Of a stretch of DNA of 64,000 bases, positions 12,601 to 25,529 are shown one piece after another (the stretch's first letter is position 1; each line of letters opens with the position of its first letter). The position numbers were made by a program, and so were the translations under genes. Where the stretch lies: contig CBFFRQ010000067.1 in NCBI GenBank assembly GCA_965644315.1, forward strand, positions 806,001 to 870,000. The letters run 5' to 3'. The DNA is from Caecitellus pseudoparvulus (Eukaryota > Protista > Bigyra: Bicosoecida). The notes beneath the pieces are model-generated. The model was not told the DNA's origin, ran no database searches, and worked only from the letters and a program-made list of their open reading frames with translations.

Positions 12601-15600
12601 GCATTGGCGGCGTACAGGTGCACCATGGCGGCAGCGATGGCGGCGGCGTGGGGCGCAAGGGCTGGGTGCGGGCTCAGCAGCGGCGTGATCATGGTGGTGA
12701 AGATGTGCCGCATGGCAGGCGGCGAGGGGAAGCCCACGTACAGCAGGGGGGCGTGCCGCATGAAGCGTGGGGACAGCTGGGAGCGCCCCGCATCTGTGGG
12801 GGGATTGCACGCACCCACGAACGTCACGCGCTGCAGGGCGATCCACAGGGGCCGCGCGCCGCTGCCTGGCACACCCGGCAACTTGCGTGGCGGCACCCAG
12901 AAACCGCCGTGCTCCACGGCACAGCGCATGAACGCGATGGCGCTCTGCGTGCCGAACGCGTCGGGAGTGGGCAGGTTCACCTCGTCTGCGAAGACAGTCA
13001 ACGTCGTGTTCTCACTGGGCGGCGCCAGCACCACACCTGCTGGTGTGGGCGTGTACACGCAGTGCGCCTCCAGACTCTGCAGCACGGAGGCAGCTGTGGT
13101 GCCACTGGAGAAAGCCATTGTGGCAGCCGCCAGGTTGGGGTTGGAGTCCAGGGCAGCTGTGAGGGTCATGGTCTTGCCTGATCCGGGGGGGCCGCACAGC
13201 ACCAGCGGCGCCGCCGCATCCAGCCATGTTCGGATGAGGAAGCTGTTCCGCAGCGTGTCCACCGTCTGCACGACGGTGTCACCGCCCGCTGCCTGCTCGC
13301 CCGTCAGGGCGGTGGGAGGCACCTGGTCCGCCCAGTTCACCCACTCGCAGCCGTTTTCGTCCACGGTGGGCGCACCCAGCACCACACCACGCAAGTACGC
13401 CGCACCATCCGCCGGCACCCACCCCAGCAGGGAACCCTCCTGTGCCGGGAGTCCAGGCGGCAGGCTGGTTGCGTGCAGGGAGACGAGTGTCTCCAGAAGG
13501 CTGCCTCGCTTGCCGCTGGACTCTGCCGACACGCCGGCCCAGGCAGCGGCCAGGGCGACCCAGGCAGACGCGTCCACCTCTGCCTCAGCTGATGTGGGTG
13601 TGATGTCAGGCGTGCGCTCCACCCTGGCCAGCCACGCTCGCAGGCCACCACAGAGGACTGCAGCGAAGTTGGACAGGGGCGAGCCGAGGGGGAAGGTCAT
13701 CACCTGCGCATCAGGCATGCTGGCCACCCACTGCATGGCTTCCAGCGGCCCACACGCTGCAGAGTCCAGGCAGTCGGCCAGCGCCTTGCCAAAGGCAGCG
13801 GCACCAACGCTGCTGGGCGAGTCTGAGGGCGCTGGCGCGGCAGGTTCATCCGAGGTGCGTGAAGGGGGGTGCTGCCAGCGACGCATGGCGCCAGCTGCGG
13901 CGGGGCCTGAAGTGGACAGCAGGTGTGCCAGGCGACGCAGGGTGTGCTGTGGCGGCACGACTGCCTCGTGGAACCACACCATGCCGCAGCGCGACACTGT
14001 GGCAGGGGTGGCGTGCGCCAGGGTGTCGGTTTCAAACAGCATGCGCACGTGGTGCGGCAGGGGCAGGCGCTCGCCGGACGGCAGAGTGAGCAGGCGGTTG
14101 TCATCTAGGACGGAGTTCAGGTTCTCGGCCCACTCCGGGTCCACGTCGCCGTCAAAGACGACCCAGACAGGGCTGAGGGGTGCCCCGCCCGCCCCACGCG
14201 CGTCGTCGGCCCGGGAGATTTCTGCCCGCAGCACAGCTGTGAAGATGCCGTCGGTCCACTCCAGCGTGGCCTGGTCCAGGGACCCGTACAGGGCGTCCTT
14301 GTCCTGTGCCTTGGGGTCCAGCGTGATGAGCTGCACGGGGCTGCCGTGCACGCGCCCCACGGCGCAGGCGGCGGCATGCAGCGCTGCCGTCTTCCCCGTC
14401 CCGGAGGGGCCCACCAGCATGACGCCATGTCGCAGCGCGACGACAGACGCCAGCTGCCGCACCTTGGCTGTCCAGGCGTCGCTGGCCACCGCCCCATTCG
14501 CCCGCGCAAAGTCCTGCACTGCCGCGTCAATGGCCGCCGAGTCTCCCTCCGCCAGCCGCGAGTCCTGGAACACCGTGCCACACAGGGCCGTGAAGACGTC
14601 AATGTCCTCAGGCACCAGCTTTGGCAGCGTGCTGTCCACGATGCTGCGCAGCAACACCTCTGGCTCTGGACGGGGGCCGTCTGGGGAGGCGGCACGCAGC
14701 GCTTGCCCGCCCGACACCAGCACCTGCTTCAACGCACGCAGCCCAAAGTCATAGTGCACCTGGGGCGTCAGCTGCTCACGGCAGAGGCGGAAGAGCGTCA
14801 CAGCGTGCGACGCCAGCGTCTCTGCCTCCCGAAAACCCTGTGCGAACAGCAACACCTCTGCAATGGCGTGCCAGTCGGGCGTCATCATGGCACAGGGTCG
14901 GAACAGCGCCTTCAAGTTGTCGGGCAGCTCCGAGCGCCCCGCATACCCCGGGTTCATCGTCACGAAAATGCCCACTGACGGGTGCAAGTCCACCGTGCGC
15001 CCCAGCAGGCGCACAGAGCGCTGGCCGCTCAGAACGGCCTCCTGAATGGCTTGCACCTGCCCCGACACTGCGGACAGGATGCCCTCTGTCAGGCGGTTGA
15101 ACTCGTCGAAGCAGCCCCAGGCACCCGTCTGGCAGAGGCCTGTGAGGATGCGCCCCATGGCGCCCACGTCGAACGCCTCGTCGCAGTTGAACACCAACAC
15201 GTGGCGGCCAAGGGCGCCACCCAGCGCCTTCACACTCTCCGTCTTGCCGGTGCCAGCGGGGCCAAAGGGGTTCCCCCCCAGGCCCGCTCGCAGGGCCTGC
15301 GTGAGGGTCAAGTAGCACCGCTCCGTCAAGTCGGTGACGACCAAGCGGTCCCCGATGCCCAAGTACTCATACCCGTAGTCGAAGCTCGCATCTGCCAGCT
15401 GCACGGTGTAGGCGTCGCCGTCCCACACATGCCGCATGGTGCGCAGCCAGGGGAAGGAGCGGGGCCCGGCGTTCTCAGCTGCCAACAGCCGCCGCCCACA
15501 GTCCCGCAAGTGCACCAGGGTCGTGATGGTGTGCTGCAGGGCTAGAGGGTTGCCTTCCACGGCGTCCTGCCCGTGCACTGCGACGGCCGAGAGCACGCGC

Positions 15601-18600
15601 AGCACGCGATCTTGCATCGCACGCATGTCAGCTTCCTCCCCCACTGCGGCGCCCATGCCAGCTGTCCACGCGATGTACAGTGCTGCCGTGGTCACTTGCG
15701 ACGCCAGGCTAGACCACCAGCTCACCATGCTCCGTGCCAACTCTACGTCCGCCGACGGTGCCGCCTGGTCGAAGGCATGGCACGTGTCCACTGCCCCCGC
15801 CAGTTGCTCGCGCAGGGAGCAGCGCATGGAGTCCTGCAGCGCCCGCAGGAAGGTGACGGGCGCAGGTGTGCCGGAGGGGGGCGGCGTCGCATACGATGCT
15901 TCTGCGGAGGTGAGGGGGATGGTCTCGCCGTCTCGCGACAGCATGGCGCTGAGCGTCAGCGGCGCCGCCCCGTCACTGCCAAGACACACCTGCACGCCGC
16001 TGGGGCCTGCCATGTCCACGGCCGCGATGCCTGCGAACATGCGCGCGACGTGGCGCTGCACGGCCTTGGCTGGCTCCTGCGCCCCCAGCACCTCCAGCAG
16101 GTCCTCGTCGCCCAGGAAGTAGAAGCGCGCGAACATGCCACGCTGCCGCTCCAGGAACTTGCCCAGCGCGCGCTGCACCTCGCCGAATGTGTCCACCAGG
16201 CGCCCCAGCGTGTCGTCCAGCTTGCCGGCCTGCACCAGCTCCAGAGCCGAGGGGGGCGACGCCGTGCCGGTGGCAGGGACAGAGTGCTTGCGCACGAGGC
16301 CCTGCAGCTCTGAGTCTGCGCCGCGGAAGCGCCCCCACTCGCTGGGCAGCTGCACCTTGATGCTGCCGCTGCCCCCGCTGAAGAGGCCCGCCAGGTGCAC
16401 CCACGCCTTCTGCGCTGCCACCCACAGGTCCAGCGTCATGCGCAGGGCACTGAGGCGGGAGCTCCACGATGTGGCGTCGTCTTTGAACGTGTCAAAGTAC
16501 GGCGACGCCTTCATGCTGGTGAGGAAGCCGAGGTGGTCGTCCACCACCTCCAGCACCTCGTTGAAGTTGGTGACGACTGACGAGCTGCGGCCGCCGGAGA
16601 AGGCGGCAGACGTCAGGCCGGTGCCACCCCACGTCGTCTTGAGGTCACGCATGAACTTGGCCAGGTTCTCCTCGCCCGCCGCCCGCGTGAAGATGGGCGC
16701 CAGGGCACCTGCGTGTGCGGCGGGGTCTGCCTCCCAGATCTGCCCCAGTGTCAGCTCCCCCAGCAAGGCGGAGTCGACATCTGCGCCCTCCTCCGCCAGC
16801 CCCAGCACAGTGAGGATGCTGGCCCAGTGGTGCAGCTGCAGGGCAGGGCTCTTCAAGGACACGAGTTGGGGGTGGGCTGCCTTGCGCCGGGCTACTTCGT
16901 CCGCATAATACGTGTGCACTGCGTACTGCTGCAGCGCGGGAGGCGCCTGAGCCACCGAGTCAGACAGGGCGGTCAGCGCTGCCCGCACCCGCTGAGGCAC
17001 GACCGCGGGCCAGGGCGTGGAGGCCAGGTCGTTCAGGCCACCTTCGATGTCCCGCGCCCACATCCACACCTTTGTCAGGCCGGCAGCCTCCTGCTGCACT
17101 GGGCCCAGGGGGCACTGCCCACCGCCCGCGGAGCCGATGGCCTCCCGTGCTCGCTCCATCTCCGCCCACTGCCCGGCCAGCGCCTCAGCCCGTGTGGCAA
17201 AGGCGGTGAGGGCTGTGAGCGCGGCAGTGGTGTCCCCGCCCCCCCCTGCTGTGGGCGCGTTGGCTGCCCACTCCGCGTTCAGCGCGGCAGCCTTCGCCGC
17301 CAAGTCCGTCTCCGTCGTCAGCAGCGTGGACTTGAGGGAGGGCAGGTGCTCGTCCACCTCCCGGGCCCGTTTTGCGAGGATCTGGGAGACTGCCCCCCAC
17401 TCCCCCTCCACCTGGCTCAGGCGCACCCAGGCTGAGGGGAAGGTGAAGTTGTGCCGCTGCAGGGATCGCTCTGCGACGCGCAGGTCGTCGATGGTCTTGC
17501 TCCACTGGCTCGCAGCGGCTTGCGCAGCTGATGTGGCCGTGATGCACTGCACGATGGCGCGGGAGCTGCCTGAGAGGTTGGCCACCTCCAGCGTCTCACG
17601 CGTCTCCTGCATGGTGGCCAGCAGGCCCACCGAGACGTCCTTCACGGCAGCAGCGAAGCGCTTGACCGCCTCCCCCACCCACCCCGCATAAGACTGCTTC
17701 AGGTTGAAGGTGATGTGGCTCAAGTCCAGCGTGATGCTGCCGCCGAAGCGCAGGGAGCCACGCGCCTCCTGCAGGGACCGCTGCTGGGCGGTGATGCCTG
17801 CCAGCAGCTCGTGCCAGGCGGGGAGGGACTGCCCTGCCACCTGCTGCAGGTCATCAGGAGTCAGGCTCCACAGTGACTCGTACACGGTCCACTGATCCAT
17901 GGCCCCCGCGACGTCTGCCAAGACGCCCTCCACTGCCTGAGCAGCGCCATCCAGCGCCCGAGACACCGGCAGCGTGAAGAGGCAGCTCGCATATGTGGCA
18001 GCGTGCTTGCCATGTGATGTGCCCGTGGCAGAGGGCGGCGCCACGATGGGCAGGTTGGTGAACGGGTGCAGTGTCTGCGCCAGCCGTTCCAGCAGTGCGC
18101 CACGCACAGCATGCAGCGGCGGGTCCAGCACCACCCGCCCCTCCTGCACATCCAGCCTGAGGGCCAAGGGCGCACCTGCAGCAGCGGGGGACTCCCCTCG
18201 CAGAGCCTGCGTCCACTCCTGCAGGGTGGACGCGACTCGGCTCTGCAGCGCCGCCGCCACGCGCAAGTGCACCGCCTCCGCCCAACGAGGCACGTTTGCG
18301 AAGCCGCCAGTGGACAGGCGTGTCACCTCGTCCTGGATGCCGCCCACTACGGCCGCCACAGAGGCGTCCGCACTGGCCAGCTTCGCTACACCCTCCTCCA
18401 CAGCCTGCGCCGCCGCCGTCGCGACAGCTGCGGCGTCTGCGAACCGCACGGCAGCAGCGCTGAAGGACTGCACGTACTGCTTGGCGCCAGCCTCGTCCCA
18501 ATGCAGGCCTTTGGCGGCGCCAGACTGCACCTGTTTGCGCAGGGCGAGCTCTTCGTGCTGCACCAGCGCCTGCACATCTGGCGAGGCGGAGGCGCGGGTG

Positions 18601-21103
18601 GTCGCCCACTGCGACACGCCGACGTGCAGTTCCAGGGCAAGGGGGTACACCTGTTCCGCGAACAAGGCGGGCTCGCGCAGGGAGCTGGGGATGCGGAAGC
18701 CCATCGTTCGCAGCTGGTTCGACTCCCGCAGCAACTCCACGAGGGCCGGCGCGAATGCCACACGCAGGGCCCCCGCCGACACCTCCCACAGAGTGGAGGC
18801 GGTGGATGCCGCCGTCACACCTTGCATGGTATCTGTCCAGGCTGCCACCACCGGCACAGGGTCCAGGCGCGCGATGAAGGCGGCAGCCTGCGCGACCAGC
18901 GTGCGACCCGCCGCGTCGTCTTCCCACGACTCGCCCAGCACCAGCTGTACGCTCCGACGCACAGACGCCGCACCCCGCCTGAGCTGTTGCAGCCACATGA
19001 CGGTGGCCACTGTCGGGGGCACGTTGTGTTGCGCTGCCACATCAGCGCCGCCTGCCGTGCGCCAACCCCCCGCGAACATGCGCTGCAGCGCTGTCAGTTG
19101 CTGCCCAATGGCAGTCAGCAGTTTGCGCTGGTGGCCCGCGACAGCTGAGCGCACTCTCGGCCGCTGCAGCAGGCTTTGGAAGGCCTCCAGCACCTGCAGC
19201 ATGGCTGCCGTGCTGTTGCACTGCGACAGGCGTTCTTGCAGGCGCGCGGTGACATCCACCTCCACAGCAGCCGCGCTGGCACTGTAGGTGCTCTGCCGGG
19301 CCCGCCACGCCTCAATACCCGCTTCATCCACGGCAAACATGTCGCCTGAGGTCGCCAGCGTGTACGCTGCCTCCAGCTGCGCCAGCGACGCAGGCGTGTC
19401 ACCGCCACGCCGCCCGACGGAAAATGCCTGCGCCACAACTGACAGCAACGCTTCGTGGGCTTCCCTGAACTTGACGAGGCTGTCGAGGCGCTGCAGGAGG
19501 GCAGTCGGTGCCGCACTTGTGTGCATGCAGTCTTCATGCAGCGGTGTTCGGGCACTGCGGGCTGCTGTTCCGAATGCGCCGATGAGGCGCGCCTCGCCCT
19601 GCACCCATCCTCGCAGCGCCCGCGTGCACACCGCCGCATGCGCCCTGAACTCCGGCAGGGGCCGGGCCATGAAGCTGCTGCGGCCACACAGTCCAGACAG
19701 TGCACTGGCCAGGTCCACGCCAGCGCTGCGCACGAGGTGCAGGAGCAGGGGCATGGTGGGTGGCGGCGGCGAGGCGGCTGTCAGTACCGCCAGCGACGGC
19801 GCCACGAGAGCCTCCACCTCCTCCACACTGCTAGCCTGGGCGACGTTGGCCATGGGCAAGTCAGTGACTGCTATCAACGTGGCGGCTGCGTCACGGAGAA
19901 GGGGCAGCGTGGAGCTCAGTACCCTGGCCAGGGTCTTACTGGGCAGTAGTTGCTTCGCAGCCTGCAGAAAGGACACTGCCAGGGGGAAAGCTGGCGCCTG
20001 CATGGCTTCTGCGACGCGGCCTGCCTCCTCCGCCACCTTTTTCAGGCGCAGGGCGAGGGGCAGCGCCCTGCGGGGCTCTGTGGGCAGTGGCCCCGGCATG
20101 ATGGGTGTGTGGCTGCGACTCCAGGTGACGTCAGCCAGGGTGGAGAGGGGGGGCGGCGCCACCAAGCTCTGCAGCGTGTTCAGTCCCTGGGTCCACGCAT
20201 TGGCAGCCTGCGCGATGGAGGCCACCACGGCGCTGTCATCCACCGCCTCTGCCAGGGGTGTGCCGGCCAGGTCGACGGACCCACCTGCCGACGTGGCATC
20301 CCCCGCCGCCTCCTCCAGGGCCGGTGGCAGCGTGAGGTCCACGGTGGGCACGCTGCCGCCAGCCCGACAGGCCTGCAGGGCCGTGTCTAGGTCTGCCAAG
20401 CGCCCCGCCACGGCACGCAGGCCCGACGCATCAGCTGACAGCGCAGAGTCCGAGGCGCTGGTCCCACTCCCCCCAGCTGCGGCACGCAGGAGGGGTGTGA
20501 AGAAGCCACGCAGGTACGCCTGCAGCAGAGGCGCCGCCTCTGCTTGGCCAGCGCTGGGGCCTGGTGCGGTGGAGGTTGGCGGCTGCTGCACTGGCATGGG
20601 AGCCAGCAGCACCTGGCCAGCCACCGCGGCGTCCGGCGCAAGTCCGCCTTGTGTGAGGCGCATCAGAGCAGCGAGGGGCAGACCGTTGAACACTGCTTCG
20701 TTCACATGTACGGCATATGACAGGCTCTGCAGTCCTGCCCCTGCATCGCCTGTGGAGCGCAGGGTAGACACTAGTGTGCACGGGCTTGCGTTTCGCTGCT
20801 GCCAGGGCGGCGTGTACGCACCCAACAGGCCAAAGTACAGCACCGCGGAAGCGCCCTGAGCGAACTCTGTCAGTGCATGCACTGTGTCACCATCGTGCAT
20901 GAAGGCGGACACGCCTTCAGTGTCCTGCTGGCCCTTGAGCAGGAGTGGCAGCAGGGCCGCTACATGCTCCGACAGCCTGTGACAACGGCAGGCCGACGGA
21001 CGGTGCAGTTGGAGTCGCTGCACGCCGCACACAGGCTGTGCTCGGCGCAGGCAGCATGCGCAGCGCACCTTTCCACAAGTTCTGCGTCGCTGCCACCTGC
21101 CAT
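6666..21103 (-). CDS. DYNC1H1: Cytoplasmic dynein 1 heavy chain (~4,780 aa); exons 21103-21069 and 20976-6666
   Basis: Four P-loops: GGNPFGPAGTGKTE, GPSGTGKT, LCGPPGSGKTMTL and GQSGAGKT. Also WGCFDEFNRL, WAENLNSVLDDNRLLTLPSGERL and the stalk coiled coils. A likely first exon MAGGSDAELVER is joined in frame by intron 21068-20977 (gtgcgc..gtcacag). Confidence 0.95.
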
Positions 21104-21465
21104 GGCTTCGTTACAAGGACGCCCACTTGCGCTGTGGCGTGGCTGCCGTGTGCTGGTGCGGATTTTGAGCCAAGTCTAAGCACAGACGGCGGCTGAAGTG
21201 AGAGCGTGCGGCTCTTTGCTCCCCCCTGAAAGATCGTATGGGGTGCCCTGACTACATGCATGGGGCTGCTTTTGAATTGGGTCCGCCCCACTGCTGGCGT
21301 GGCTTGGGCCCTGCACGAAGCTTCACGTGGGCTTTGCGCTGGCTGCCGCTCAGTCAGCGCGTGGCACGCACCGCCAAATTCAACGCGCTGGTGCCCCTGC
21401 AGGCAAGGGCGCTGATGCCCGCTGCACGGCATGCTACCGTGGTCCCCACCTATCGCGGTGGCACC

Positions 21466-24279
21466 ATGGGCTGCTGCCAGTCGCGGTCTGCGGCAGTGTA
21501 TGCTGTGGACGCCAACGACAGCGGCGAGGGAGCGGGCGGCCAGCTGCTACTGGAGCAGGGGCATGCTGGGTGGCAGGAACATCCAGGGACGTCCAGTGAG
21601 GCACCAGCGAGGCCTGCTCATATTTCAAAGGTCACCTCTGACCGGGATGAGCTGGAGGAGTTTGCGTGGGTGAAAGGGGAGGCCATCGGTAGGTCGCATG
21701 TGTCGGTGCAACGCCCATGAAACGCCACCCACATGTCGCCATCCCTCGGCGCTTGCGTGCAGGGAGCGGCAGCTCAGGGCAAGTGTTCCTGTGCCTGAAT
21801 CAGAAAACCGGCCGCCTGATGGCGGTGAAGGAGGTGCCCTTTGACCCGACCGACACCCAGCGCCGACAGAGGGTGCAGACTGAAATCACGCTCCTACGGT
21901 GCGTGGCCAGCGACGCCGTCTGCGCCTCGCCAGCGCCCTGGCGCACCCTGATCCACGCTGTCTCAAGTACAGGCAACTTCAGCACCCAAATATCGTGCGG
22001 TACCTGGGCACTGACATGCATGAAGGCACGCTGTGCATCTTGACAGAGTGGGTATCAGGCGGCGCTCTCACATCGGTCGTGGAGGCCTTTGGGCCGCTCG
22101 CTGAGAGTGTCGCGGCGCAGTACATCTACCAACTAGTGCAGGGACTGGTGTACCTGCACGACCAAGGCATTGTGCACCGCGACATCAAGGTGAGTCTGCG
22201 CGTCGCAGAATGCGCGTCGTGCAAAGAGCAGCATGCAGGCCCCCACCTCACACACACGCCCCCACGCCACAGAGCGGAAACGCAGTGGTGGACCACAACG
22301 GCACTTTAAAAATCGTGGACTTTGGCACGGCAGTGTGGCTTGGGCAGTCGCCCAGCGCCTCCACCTCGCCACCTGCGAAACAAAGCAGCACGATCGCCGG
22401 CACACCACATTTCATGGCCCCTGAGGCGGTGGAGGGCGAGTCAGCCACACCGGCCATGGACATTTGGAGTCTAGGGTGCACGGTGTTGCACCTGCTCACG
22501 GGCGCTCTGCCGTGGAGCGACGCGGGGGGTGTGCCGGACAGCGCCGCAGTGCTGCACCGCCTCGCAAAAACCGACAGACTGCCGCCGCTGTCCAGCCGCC
22601 TGTCACCGAATGCGACGGCGTTTCTTCAGGCGTGCTTGGTTCGCGACCCGGCTGAACGGTCGTCTGCAGCCACCCTGCTCGGTCACCCGTGGTTGCTGCA
22701 CGCCTCGTCGCTCAAGCGCCCCAGCGGCAGTACCAGCCACTCTGCAAGTGCGCCGGGCAGCAGTGTGGCACCCTCGCACCGCTTGGGCAGCGGCAGCCAC
22801 GGCTCCAGCGTAGGGACACGCAGTGTGCACCAGAGTGGCGGCCCCCTCGCAGCCACTGCCACACCGCGGGAGCCGTCGTGGGGCATGGACGGCGCGCTGA
22901 TGTACGGCCGCGAACGGGGCATGGAGGGTTACCACGACAGCCTTCCAGCGCAGCAGGGGGGTGGTTCTGTCGGGCTGAGCGGCTCCATCATGCTGTCTCG
23001 TGGCCCCAGCACAGTGGGGGGTGGCGGGTCCATGGCGTTTCCCGACAGAGAGCGGCGTGTGCCTGGTGCTGTGTTGCCAACTGCCCTGTCTGGGGGAGTG
23101 TCGCTGGGCCTGGGCGGTCGCGGCATCGCACCTCCCCGCACCAACCGCTCCGGCCCCAGCACACTGCGCCGGGATGACCCGTACGCCGCATCCTTTGGTT
23201 TCACACAGGTGCACGGCCTGAGTCGCGCAGGCAGCACGGCGACACCAGGAGCGGCGGAGCAAGAGGCGGTGCACGGCAGTGTGGTGGCGTTGTCCACCCC
23301 AGACGCCGCTCCAGCCGCCGCCACAGGGAGCAGTCTGGAGGCTGCAGACAGGCCCCGAGCACGCACTGCGCCAGATACACGTGGTGAGGGGGGCGCCGCT
23401 GATGCCGGTCTCTCCACCCTTGCTGAGGTGTCAGTGACGGGCTCGCTCAGCGGCGGCAGTGCTGGTGGAACGCCCAAGCACTCCCACAAACCAAGGGGCC
23501 AGGGCAGCCCAGCTGCCATTCGTCTGGCTGGACGGGCCGGAGGGGGGGGTGGCGAGGGCGCCGACCCCCCCTACCGACCCGACAGGCGCAGAGTGCCCTC
23601 TGGCCCAGCCCCCTCCACAGTGCAATGCCGCACCACGTCCCCTGCTCTCGCCACGGGCGGCATCGCAGCACGGCCCTTCCCCGGCTCGACAGCCCGACGC
23701 CCGTCGTACCACACACGCCACACGTCGGGCGGCAGCGGCGGCGGACACTCCCGCAACCCCAGCGGCAGCAGCGGCGGACACTCACGGCAGGGCAGTGTCG
23801 GGCTGCACTTCCGACACCCCAGCCTGGGCAGCGCAGGCCCAGCGCCCGGCACGGGGCACACACGGGGCGCGAGCAGCCTGCTGCTCAGCGGGTCGGTGGA
23901 CGGCTTCCTCGTCGCACCTGCCGAGCACGCAGAGGACGAGGACGTCATCGCAGACTTCCACATGCGCCAGCCGGCGGAGCCTGGGCCAGGGCAAGGCGGC
24001 GGTGCCGGCGGCCCACCCGTCGTGGCACAGGCCAAGGAGCAGTCGCCCCAGGCCGTGCCACGGTCGGGCACTGCGCGAGAGTCGACTGGCAAGGGGGCCG
24101 AGGCCGCCCCTGATGCGCCCAGTGCCGCCGACGGTGCAGGAGCACTGCAGCTGGACTGGCAGCAGTACTCCAGCAGTGGCGTGTCGTCCGATGAGTCATC
24201 GGGTGGGGATGTGCAGGGCGGTGGCAGACATCGCGTGCAGGCTGTGCGGCAGGGGGGCTGGGTGCTCACACAGGCGTAG
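21466..24279 (+). CDS. MAP3K/STE11-like Ser/Thr kinase with N-terminal MGCCQS acylation motif and long disordered tail; exons 21466-21688, 21763-21898, 21973-22189, 22273-24279
   Basis: The spliced product gives IGSGSSGQV, MAVKEV, LQHPNIVRYLG, HRDIKSGN, DFG, GTPHFMAPE and DIWSLGCTV. Three GT-AG introns restore the frame. Confidence 0.9.
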
Positions 24280-24710
24280 CGGGGGGGCTGGGGGCGGTGT
24301 CAGGTGGCGAGGGGTGTGTGGTTAGGATGTGCGTTTGGCGTCCCGTGACCTGTCGGGGGGGTGTGTGCCGCGCTTGTCAGGCGGTGTAGGGCTGGGGCTT
24401 GCAATGCATTGCGGTGGTCTGCACTGTGGCGCGTCAGGTCGAGTGGTGGCAAGGTGCTGCTGAAGGTGCATGTCTCAGCTGCCACCTCTGGCACCAGCGT
24501 GGAGAAGGGTGGAGGTGGACAGCACACTCCCCCTGAATACAAGCAGGACACTGTCATTCCACTGTCAAATCTCAACATCGCCTTCTTTTCTGGGTATCAT
24601 TGGACAGACAATACCAGCAGCTTGTGCAGCACTGTGCCGTGCCGCTTGTGCTCCGGTGCAGGTGTGTTGGTTATCGGAAGCACTTGCGGGATTATCCACG
24701 CCAGCACGCC

Positions 24711-25529
24711 ATGGCTGCTGACAGTGAGAGGCAGGCTGTGGTGGATCGGTGGAGGGCTGCTTGTGGTGCTGATGAGGCAGATGTGCTGCTGGGCATACTG
24801 CAGGAGTGTGGTGATGGTGTGGGTGTGGAGTTGGGAGGTTTGACTTCGACCGAGACTACATGTGGCTTTTTGGTTGCTTGCAGAACAGGGCACGTTGAAC
24901 TGCTGCGAGGGCTGTTGGCGTTGGAGGGGGGCCTTGCTGTGGATGTGCATCAAAATCGTGAGGCCGCCTTCCGAGAGGCATGCGCTAAGGGCCACACAGG
25001 CATCGTGCGTGAGCTGTTGGGCCTGAGCGGGGCGCGGGAAGTGGATGTGCACGCGGAGGCTTGGGATGGACCTGAGGCCGCCTTTCGATGGGCATGCGAG
25101 GGTGGCCACACCGACATCGTGCGTGAGCTGCTGGCTCTGACTGGAGCGCGGACAGTGGATGTGCATGTGGCAAATGAGGATGGACCTGAGGCCGCCTTCT
25201 GGCGGGCATGTAGCTGGGGCCACACAGGCATCGTGCGTGAGCTGCTGGGCCTCACTGGGGCGCGGGAAGTGGATGTGCACGCGGCGGATCGGGGTGGACC
25301 TGAGGCCGCCCTCCGAGCGGCATGCGCAGGCGGCCACCTCGACATTGTGCGTGAGCTGCTGGGCCTGACTGGACACCGAGCTACGTCCCATCAGACCAGA
25401 CTCAAGGTCGGAGTTGTTGCCGTGCAGTCGGCCAAGAAAGCCGTGTGGGCTGGCACCAGCACTCGACAAGGACGGCGCGCCATGCTGCTGCTGCGAGCTG
25501 CCCGGGGCGCAAGAGGCAGCAGCACCTAG
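24711..25529 (+). CDS. Ankyrin-like repeat protein, copy 1 (272 aa; degenerate N-terminal repeat + four 38-aa repeats)
   Basis: gccATGg start (MAADSERQ). Repeats follow GPEAAFRxACxxGHxDIVRELLxLTGARxVDVH. The 819-nt CDS length is identical in copies 1-4. Confidence 0.85.
   Translation: MAADSERQAVVDRWRAACGADEADVLLGILQECGDGVGVELGGLTSTETTCGFLVACRTGHVELLRGLLALEGGLAVDVHQNREAAFREACAKGHTGIVRELLGLSGAREVDVHAEAWDGPEAAFRWACEGGHTDIVRELLALTGARTVDVHVANEDGPEAAFWRACSWGHTGIVRELLGLTGAREVDVHAADRGGPEAALRAACAGGHLDIVRELLGLTGHRATSHQTRLKVGVVAVQSAKKAVWAGTSTRQGRRAMLLLRAARGARGSST

Noticed and set aside
6666-21068. Many long plus-strand ORFs (up to 722 aa) overlapping dynein
   Set aside because: Antisense shadows expected at this GC content and codon bias.
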